A stretch of 64,000 nucleotides of DNA from positions 806,001 to 870,000 of the forward strand of contig JAYWIR010000009.1 of NCBI GenBank assembly GCA_036172245.1, given 5' to 3'. The DNA comes from Raillietiella orientalis. Lineage: Eukaryota. Positions within the stretch are counted from its first letter, which is position 1. Each line of letters starts with the position of its first letter. The position numbers and the translations under genes were made by a program. A model generated the notes under the pieces. The model was not told the DNA's origin and ran no database searches. It saw only the letters and a program-made list of their open reading frames with translations. Of this stretch, positions 51,501 through 59,559 are shown piece after piece.

Positions 51501-54500
51501 CTCACTCCAGGGACCTCTTCCCCTCAGCCCTGCTCGTCCGTTCCTTCGAAGGGCGCAGAGGCAGTGAACGGCCGCGCGCCGAGACGTCTTTCCATCCCTT
51601 CCCGGCCCCCCTTCCCCACCCGGTCTCGCCTCAGTGCTTGCAAGGGTGCTCGGAGGGGGGGCTGCTCCACGGCGCCGCGCGCGATTCGTCTCGGATGCCA
51701 GCGGGGACGGAGGTCGTCCCCGCGCGTCGTTCGGGAAGCCCCCGAGCGCGAATTCCCGGGGAGAGCATGGCGGCGAGTCTGCCGGCGGGGAGTGGAGAAG
51801 GGCAGAAGTGGGGAAGTGGGAGTGAAAGAAGGGGGCGGGGCAGTAGGGCGCGTCGCTTCGGCGAAGAGGAGGGCAGGAAGAGGGGTGAGGCAGTGGAGAG
51901 AGCGCACGGGAGAGGGTGGGTCCGTCTCCCGCTGGGGGGCGGTGCCCTCTTCCACAACTGCGTGGACGCGCTGTTCCCCCCCCCCACTGCCAAGGCTTCC
52001 ACGCAGGCGGTTGTTTGGGTTCGCACGTCTGCCTCCCTCCAGCGGTGGCGGAGGGCACTGCTCGCTGCCGAAAGCGAGAGACGAGGTGCGTTCCGATTTT
52101 TTCCCTCCTCCTCCTCCTCCGTACCGTACTCCCTCCCTCCCCGCCCCTCCTCCGAGCGTATTCATCATCTCTGTTCTCCCACTGAAACCCGAGGACGCGG
52201 AAAGCTCTCGGGTGGTGCAGGGTCTGGCCGTCTACAGGCGGCCGGGGAATCGGGAGGGAGGTTAGCGCGCACGTATGTGCGTTGCTAGGAGACTCTCCCT
52301 TTCATTCAGAGAGCTCGCTGGCTTTTGTGGCTTGTTTGATCCGTGCGCAGGGGCAACGATGGCGATCACAGAGAGAGAGAGAGAGAGAGATGCGTGTACA
52401 AGGAGAAAGGGCTAGTACCCTCGCATCTCCCCTTCCCCTCTCTGCTTCGGAGCGTTCCAGGTACCCCGTGTCGCATCCCATCCCGTCGTCTCAACGACTC
52501 CGATCGGCGACGGGAAGGGGAGGTGCGCAAGGAGAAAAAGGGAGTCTCCTTCGCCCCCCATCTTTATCCTCCCCCCCCCCTCCCTCCCGGCGCGGGAAGC
52601 GGCAGCATCCAACAATCGAGGGAGGGGCAGGGCGCGGGAGCTGCCCTCACGGTGCGTGCCAAGACGAACGCAGGGGACGCGCGCGGCACGCGGCAGCACA
52701 CGCTCGCAAACGGATAATCGCCCTTCTCCCTTACCCCGCGTGTCCTCGGTCCCCCTTTCCCGTTCCAGGGACGCGCGCGCAGTCGGCGGGATGAGAGCAG
52801 CAAACAGAAAAAAGCTCGCCAGCTCTCTCTACAGGCGTTGGAGAGGACGCAGCAGCGGCGGCGGCGGTACGCGGCGACCATCCCGTCGGGGGGCCCAAGA
52901 GCGAGCGTAAGATAACGTGGCGCGTAACTCAGCAGGGGCCCGCGCGCACGCGTGAAAAGGCATCGCCTCTACTCCGCAAGGCTGCGCAGGCGAGCTCGCA
53001 CCGAAGGGCTGCTGCTCTCCCCCCTCCCCTCCCCTTCCACATGCGACCCCCCCCCCCCTTCCCCTTCACTACCCGTTTCTCGAGTTCTGGCCGCGCTTCC
53101 GAGGCGGAGGGATTCCTTCCCGGAACGGACGGATGCACGGACGGCGCGAGGGAAGGGCAGAAAACCACGATACGAAAACACACACACACACACACACACC
53201 GAAAAGAAAAAAAAGAAAAAAGAAAGAACAAATTCGCAGGCTCCCCCCTCAGTGGCGGCCGGCGGAATCGATACGCCGTTTGCCCACGCAACTTCGGGTC
53301 CTCGTCGCTATGCGACGCGTTCCGGAGAAAACGATCGGGCCATGGCGACGGGAAAGCGTTACGAGTACGAAGGCTTGCGACGGCGGCATCGCCGGTAGGG
53401 CCGCGCTGCCGTACTCACGAAACGCCAAACCTTCCAGCAGCTTCTTCCAGTTCTCATCCCACCACGAAGAGAAAAAAGGAAAAGGGAAGGGAAGAGGAAA
53501 TGATGATGATGAAAATGTGAGACACCTACCGCTCGAGAAGTCCTCGTCGCGATGGTTACGGAGGAACGTGAGCGCCCCGGGCGGAAAGCCATTAACAATG
53601 AATAACACCTCGTACGTACAGTCAATAAAACTTTAAGAAGTGCCATTACGAAAGGAAAAACTAAGAGAATAAGTCATAATAACGCCCGCAGGCCGTTCGT
53701 GCCATGGGGAACACTCTGACCTCTTCCGATGCGCGCGCCACACAAAGGATTCGCGCTAAATTGGCGACACTGGAAAAGCAGCGGTACTGCACTGAGCCGA
53801 GCGGCCGACGAATGGCGGGGGAGGAAAGGGGGGGGGGGAGCGAGGAGATAGCAACAACAATGAACGAAAGAATGCCATGGAGACGCCTCGCTGTCCGAAA
53901 GAGCGCAGCGCACAAAGCGCACGCAAACAGATGCTCTCGAGGAAAAAACAACGCAGGGCACACCAATGAGACTTCTCCAGGGTGGAGAAAAATAAAGGAG
54001 CTACATATTAAAAAAATAAATAAAGCCAAATAGGAGGGGAGAAGGGGCAGTGGCCGATGGGAGACGGCGCGGGAGAGCGAGAGCAGGATGCGTGGAAGTA
54101 ACCCACGCTCTTCCTGCCGCATCTGCACGCTCACGGGAGCGTCCCGTGCACACACGGGAAGGAGGAGCACCCCCGTCTTTCGACAGGGCTTTCGGGAGGA
54201 TTGAAGTCCTTCAACCATCCCAAACACGGCAAAACCAACAAGGAGGAAAGGTGGGGGGAGTGAGAGGAGGGGGCGCATAGAGAGGAAAAAACGCCAGGCG
54301 GAGCGATCACGTTTCCGTCGTTTCCGCCCGGTGACCCCCGACCTCCGCGACGAGCCCTCGAGCGCGAGAAACCGGAGAGGCCGACCATTCCCAAATTGGA
54401 AAAGCAAACATCTGACAGGCTCCGCTTTGATTGCACGGGACGAGGACGAGGAGGCGGAGGAAGAGGGGTGGAGGAGAAGGAGGAGGAGGCGGAGGAGGAA

Positions 54501-54699
54501 GCGGGCAAGCCCTTCGCGGTATCGCCCGCTTGCCTGCAGGTACCATAGTAGGCGATAGCGGAAAAACGGCGTCTTCCAAAAGGGGTTCACAGAAGAGAGC
54601 CCGGGGGGATTCCCGGAGGAAAACTGCACAGTGCCGACGCTGCAGTCCTCTCCCCCGATTCGCAACGGCGCTTGAGCGAGGGCGCCAGGGTGGGTGGAT

Positions 54700-54772
54700 T
54701 TGTTTTTCCTTTTCTTCTTTTCTTTCTTTCAATTCTTTTTCTTTCTTTCTTTCTTTCTTTCTTTTTTTTTTT
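54700..54772. repeat. (TTTC)n / poly-T low-complexity tract downstream of the Toll stop
   Basis: Direct reading. It is A-rich on the Toll sense strand. Confidence 0.85.
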
Positions 54773-55075
54773 GCAAAATGGCGCGCTCGGATTCGGCGAT
54801 TTCCCGGAACGGCGGCTTCCTTTCAAGTGACTCCGCTGCGGTGAAAAGACGGACGCGCCTGGGGCTGCGGACGCCCCGAGGTCGCGCGTGGGAGAGCCGG
54901 CAGCAGCTGCTTGCTGCCTGTGAACGGACTCTGGCGGGCGAAGGGCCCGGAGTGTCCCGCACGCGCGTCAGCTCGGATGAAACACGTCTCACACTCGTCC
55001 CTCCCCCCATCTCTGCCTCCTCATCCATCCTTTCACCGCATCCTCTCCACTCATGAGCCGTGCTTTCCCCCATTC

Positions 55076-58000
55076 TCATCCCCATCCCAAAGAAAAAGGT
55101 ACAGTTCCACTTACGGCATATCTCAGAGAGTTCCTCAGCGCATTGTTCCAGGGGGGAAGAGGGGGTGGAGGCATTTGGGGGTAGGGGTGGGGGTCGGGGA
55201 CGGACGTAGGAGGCTCCGAGCGGATTGTCCAATAGGGGCTGTTGAGGGAGGACACGGTGGAGTGGAGACGACGGCAGTCGGCCGTGGCTTTGGCGAGCAG
55301 AGCGTCCTCGGGAGGGCGGGCGCGTGCATCAGGCAGGGCGTAGCGCAGCTTTTCCCAGAAAAGCCGCTCCCCCCACAGGAGACAGGGGTTAGTCTTGAGG
55401 CAGATGCGCATGTCCGGGTCGAGGTCGCGCTGAGCAACTTCCCCGACGACAACGACGACAAGCCTCTTGCTGCGGTCGCGCACGGCCTGGTGCACGGCAG
55501 CTCGGAGGTCGGCACAGCACCATTCGGTCTGCACGAAGTTCTTGGACAACACGACGAGGGTCCTCTTGCTGGCACGGACGGCCTCGGGGAGAGCGCCACT
55601 ACCGCCACCCCCTCCGCCGCCGAAGGGGGGAAGGTCACGATGCTGCAGACACAGACGGTAGGAAGGATGGCCATGCTCGAGGTAGGGCGCCAAGTACTGC
55701 ACTACGAAGGTCTCGTCCTTGGAGCTGTAAGCAACGAAGGCGTCATAGGGTCGATCGTCTTCGTCTCCAAGCGCCCCCGAAGGTCCAAAGCGGAGGCCAC
55801 AGCGGGCGTGAGCCCACGCGCGCACCTCTTGTCGATAAGCGAAGAACAGGCAGGCGGCAACCAGCACGACAACGAAGGCGCCCAGGGTGGCTAGCAGCAG
55901 AGGCAGATAGTCACGCAGGACCACTGGTTGCAAAACCGTGACAGCCTCCAGCTGAGCGCCGGACCCGGAGCCGCCGGCCTGTCCGCAAGTGAGGTTGGCA
56001 CTACTCCGGGAGGGGATGGAAGAGGAGGAGGGGTCACTGCCACTGTCCTCCCCGAGGTCGAAGCCGCCATCGGCAGCGGTGACGTTGCGGACGCAACGGA
56101 CGGCCTCGGCGTCGCGCACGCGGGCGCGGTTGTCCTGGAGCCATGAGCGGAACCCGTCAACAAAGGCGCACTCGCACGTCCAGGGATTTCCTGCTAGGCT
56201 GAGGTGGGCGGCAGTCGGGAGGGCAATCGGGTCGATGCGAGCAAGGCGGTTGCCGGAGAGAGTCAGCACCCGCAGAGAAGTCAGGGCTGCGAAAGAGGCA
56301 TTGCCGAGGCGGGTCAGGCGGTTGTTGTGCAGGAAGAGCTCGCGCAGGCCGGCGAGCGGGTCAAACTCAAATCCACGCAGCTCGGTCAGGTCGTTGTCCT
56401 CGAGATGCAGGGCACGCAAAGCGCGCAGCCCGTTGAAGGTGCGGTTGTGGATGAGGCGCACGCGGCTGGCATTGAGGAAGAGGACGCGTAGATTCTTGCG
56501 ACCGATGAAGGCGTGGCTCATAAGGACACCGATGGAGTTTCCATCCAAGTAGGCCTCGGTGGCATCCATGGGCACGCGGTCGGGGAGGCCGCGGTAGCCT
56601 ACTCCGGTGCAGTCGACAATGTTGGCGGCCCATGACTGGTCGTGGAAGCAGGTGCAGTTGGTTGGGCACGTCATTTCACAGTCGCAGGCGTCGAAGTCGC
56701 AGCAGTGGCAGAGAGCGAAGCAGTGGACACGGTAGGCGCAGAGAAAGCGGGAAGGGTCCGCTCGGGAGAGAGCGATGGGCGACCCGCGTTCTCCGCCCAC
56801 CACTGGCCGGCACGATACACCTTCCAGGTCGGCGATGCGCGGGTGGTGGTGGTGCTCTTGGTGCTGCTGGTCGCCGCCGGGACCTGCCGCTGCCGAACCT
56901 CCGCTACCAGCCATGTTCACTTTCTGCAGCCATTCGACGGTGCAGTCACAGCGGAACGGGTTGCCTGCGATATAGAACTCGGGAGTAGGCGCGTCCGGGC
57001 GCCTGCGCGGGGACAGCCGTAAGGAGTTGGGTTCCAGAGTGGTAAGTCGGTTGGCGTACAGATCCACGCGGGTCAGGTTCTCGTTGGGAAAGAAGGCGTA
57101 GGCTTCCACCTTGCTGATGAGGTTGTCGTTAAGGAAGAGGAGTTCGAGGCTATCCGGCACGGAGCGTCCGTCCACCTCGGAGATGAGGTTGAAGCTAGCG
57201 TCCAGCGTCTGCAGCCTTAGGTCGGCGTCCAGCCGCAGGCGGTCGCCAAGTTCGCGCACGCGGTTGCGGTGCATGTCCAGCCACTGCAGCCCGCGCGGGA
57301 CCAGGGAAAAGTCGAAACGCTCCAGGCGGTTGTCGGAAACGTTCAGCCAGATAAGGCTGGGCAGATCCGCGAAAAGCCCGTCCACGCGTGACAGCTGGTT
57401 GGAGTCGAGGCGCACAGCATGCAGGCGGATGTCGCCGTCGAAAGAGCCCGGCTCTAGGCTACGAATGCGATTGCGGGCCAGGTTGAGGATCTTCAGCGAG
57501 GACATGCCCGAGAAGGTGTCCCTGCTAACGTTGGCGATGCGGTTGTCAATCAAACGCAGCCCGTACAGCTGCACCATCTCCCGGAAGGGAGCGTCCTCAA
57601 GGGAGGCGATGCGGTTTTCGCTCAGGTCCAGTGTACGCAGCATCTTGAGGACGCGCACGGCTTCTGGAACGCCATCCAGCTGGTTGCCCCTCAGGTTAAG
57701 GTCTTGCAGAGAACCGCTGGCATTGCGGAATGCTTGCGGGTGGATGCTGGTTAAGCGGTTGGCGTCAAGAGCCAGCTGGCCAACAACGTATAGACCTTCC
57801 AGGCTAAGCGCGTCGATGGCCGTCAGACGGTTGCCACTCAGCACTAGCGTCTGCAAGTTGTACAGAGAAGCAAAGGCGCTTGGGGGTAGCACCTGGATGC
57901 CGTTCCGCTCCAGATCGAGCACCTGTAGGTTGTACAGGCCGTGGAAGATGGACGGGTCGAGGCGGGTCAGTCGATTGTGGGATAGGTTCATGATCGCGAG

Positions 58001-59050
58001 GCGCGCCAGGTCGGAGAAGGTGTCTCCAGTGACCCAGGAGCTGGTCAGCTCGTTGTGGGACACATCCAGAACGAGCAGCTGCCCCAGGCCGGCGAACAGG
58101 CCAGGAGCAAGCACGCCCAGAGAGTTGTTGCGGAGGTAAATCTCCTGCAGCGACTGACCACCGTGCTGGAAGATCTCCGGGGGCAAAGCCACCAAGCGAT
58201 TGCTGGACAGGTTCAGCACGCGGAGGCTGCTAAGACCGAGCAGAGCGTGATCGGCGACCATGGAGATCTCGTTGTCCTGCAGGGAGAGAACTTGCAGCTC
58301 GCCGAGCCCGCTGAGAGCGTATGCGGGCAGAACGACGAGATCGTTGTGGGAAAGGTCGAGGGCCAGCAGTCCCAAAGAGCAGCGAGAGGGGCCAGGAGGA
58401 AGGGGGAGGGCCGCTGCCGATGCATCCTTCCCGCGCTGTTGCAGCGTCGGAGGCACCGACGCGTCTCCTTGGAAACCCAGGTCTCCCACCTCCTGCAGGC
58501 GGTTGCGGGTCAGGTTGAGGGACCGCAGGCTCCGCAACGGGCACAAAAGACCGGGAGGGAGGGTCCAGATATTGTTCTCTCCTAAGTCCAGGTTCTCCAG
58601 GCCGACCAGGGATTCCAGGCTGTCGGAGTGCAGGCTTAGCGTCATGGCCGGCCAGTCCGTGTTCAGGGTACGCACGGTAAGATTGCGAAGGTGGCGCATC
58701 CCACGGAACACGGTTTCCGGGATCTCTCCGATCTTGCAATACGCGATCTCCAGCTCCCTGAGCTCGGAGAGCCTCTCGAAGCTCTCGTTCTGCAGGGAAG
58801 ACTTGAAAAAGAGCACCTCGCTGCACTCTATGCGAAGCCGGGCGGTATGCCGGCTGGGTATCACGCTGAAGTTGGTGCTCTCGAACTCGCTATTGATGGT
58901 GCGCAACCGGCACGTAAGCGCCACGTCGCCCGAACCGGGCGCCAAATAATTCCATTCGCAATCCTGCGGCGCTTCGTAACGGAACGCCGCCGCCAGCTGT
59001 ATCCAAACGAAAGTGAGACTCACGGTTGCTACGGACGCCGCCGCTTCCAT
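55076..59050 (-). CDS. Toll-like receptor, multiple-cysteine-cluster Long-Toll type (Tollo/Toll-8- or Toll-6-like), 1324 aa, no intron within the ORF
   Basis: First ATG at 59050 (the track's 59065 start is a GTG) to TGA at 55078-55076. Signal peptide MEAAASVATVSLTFVWIQLAAA. N-terminal CRLRTINSEFESTNFSVIP..LFFKSSL motif typical of Tollo/Toll-6. More than 20 LxxLxLxxN LRRs. LRRCT NPFRCDC, internal cluster HCFALCHCCDFDACDCEMTCPTNCTCFHDQSW, further LRRs, second LRRCT NPWTCEC, one TM helix and a TIR domain. Orthology (Toll-6 vs Toll-8) cannot be resolved by eye, so no symbol is given. Confidence 0.97.
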   Translation of the reverse strand: MEAAASVATVSLTFVWIQLAAAFRYEAPQDCEWNYLAPGSGDVALTCRLRTINSEFESTNFSVIPSRHTARLRIECSEVLFFKSSLQNESFERLSELRELEIAYCKIGEIPETVFRGMRHLRNLTVRTLNTDWPAMTLSLHSDSLESLVGLENLDLGENNIWTLPPGLLCPLRSLRSLNLTRNRLQEVGDLGFQGDASVPPTLQQRGKDASAAALPLPPGPSRCSLGLLALDLSHNDLVVLPAYALSGLGELQVLSLQDNEISMVADHALLGLSSLRVLNLSSNRLVALPPEIFQHGGQSLQEIYLRNNSLGVLAPGLFAGLGQLLVLDVSHNELTSSWVTGDTFSDLARLAIMNLSHNRLTRLDPSIFHGLYNLQVLDLERNGIQVLPPSAFASLYNLQTLVLSGNRLTAIDALSLEGLYVVGQLALDANRLTSIHPQAFRNASGSLQDLNLRGNQLDGVPEAVRVLKMLRTLDLSENRIASLEDAPFREMVQLYGLRLIDNRIANVSRDTFSGMSSLKILNLARNRIRSLEPGSFDGDIRLHAVRLDSNQLSRVDGLFADLPSLIWLNVSDNRLERFDFSLVPRGLQWLDMHRNRVRELGDRLRLDADLRLQTLDASFNLISEVDGRSVPDSLELLFLNDNLISKVEAYAFFPNENLTRVDLYANRLTTLEPNSLRLSPRRRPDAPTPEFYIAGNPFRCDCTVEWLQKVNMAGSGGSAAAGPGGDQQHQEHHHHPRIADLEGVSCRPVVGGERGSPIALSRADPSRFLCAYRVHCFALCHCCDFDACDCEMTCPTNCTCFHDQSWAANIVDCTGVGYRGLPDRVPMDATEAYLDGNSIGVLMSHAFIGRKNLRVLFLNASRVRLIHNRTFNGLRALRALHLEDNDLTELRGFEFDPLAGLRELFLHNNRLTRLGNASFAALTSLRVLTLSGNRLARIDPIALPTAAHLSLAGNPWTCECAFVDGFRSWLQDNRARVRDAEAVRCVRNVTAADGGFDLGEDSGSDPSSSSIPSRSSANLTCGQAGGSGSGAQLEAVTVLQPVVLRDYLPLLLATLGAFVVVLVAACLFFAYRQEVRAWAHARCGLRFGPSGALGDEDDRPYDAFVAYSSKDETFVVQYLAPYLEHGHPSYRLCLQHRDLPPFGGGGGGGSGALPEAVRASKRTLVVLSKNFVQTEWCCADLRAAVHQAVRDRSKRLVVVVVGEVAQRDLDPDMRICLKTNPCLLWGERLFWEKLRYALPDARARPPEDALLAKATADCRRLHSTVSSLNSPYWTIRSEPPTSVPDPHPYPQMPPPPLPPWNNALRNSLRYAVSGTVPFSLGWG
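55325..55755 (-). other. TIR domain of the Toll receptor
   Basis: Box 1 YDAFVAYSSKD, box 2 YRLCLQHRDLP, VVLSKNFVQTEWC, box 3 WGERLFWEKLRYALPD. Boundaries are approximate. Confidence 0.95.
55838..55906 (-). other. Transmembrane helix of the Toll receptor
   Basis: LPLLLATLGAFVVVLVAACLFFA followed by YRQEVRAW, between the second LRRCT and the TIR domain. Confidence 0.9.
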
Positions 59051-59092
59051 CGCCGTCCGGGGCACTCGGGAGATGGAAATTCAAAAGGGGGA

Positions 59093-59123
<31 letters not shown>

Positions 59124-59283
59124 AACACACACACACAGCGACGACGAAGGCGACAACGACACGGGAAGATTCGAAGAAGATGAAGGGGGTGGGGGTGGGT
59201 GGGGAGGAGGGGGAAACAAAAAAAGAAGCAAAAACGCGCGCGCGCACACACAACGAAAGGACGGACGGGGACGGGTGAACACA

Positions 59284-59344
<61 letters not shown>

Positions 59345-59348
59345 AAAA
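59093..59348. repeat. (AG)n, (CA)n and poly-A tracts in the Toll 5' leader region
   Basis: (AG)n 59093-59118, (CA)n ~59279-59322, A-run 59323-59348. Confidence 0.95.
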
Positions 59349-59523
59349 TAGGGGATATGAAGCACGACGGTGGGAACTATTCCCGATCTTCGTTACGAAA
59401 CTTCCCCATCGTGGTGGTGGCTGTCGCTGCACTGGGAAACTCTCGTGACTTCCAATGCCACGCACTGCGTGAACCGCATTACATGGGCTCAGCAGGGAAC
59501 TGCAACCGCCACGCTCACCTCAT

Positions 59524-59559
59524 GCGTCCGCACTGCCTCACAGACGATCGGAAACTGAT
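59524..59559 (-). promoter_or_regulatory. Inr + DPE core promoter of the Toll gene (predicted TSS A+1 = 59556)
   Basis: Minus strand reads ATCAGTTT, matching the arthropod Inr TCAKTY. GGACG lies exactly at +28..+32 (59529-59525; DPE consensus RGWYV) and there is a G at +24. The site is about 0.5 kb upstream of the ATG. Confidence 0.7.

Noticed and set aside
50462..52288. 608-aa plus-strand ORF
   Set aside because: Arg/Pro/Ser/Gly-rich low-complexity translation running through homopolymer tracts, with no domain. Expected by chance in stop-poor GC-rich DNA.
57111..58949. 342-aa and 229-aa plus-strand ORFs
   Set aside because: Antisense shadows of the GC3-rich Toll LRR codons.
59051..59065. 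Track start of the Toll ORF at 59065
   Set aside because: It is a GTG. The first ATG at 59050 directly begins the signal peptide.
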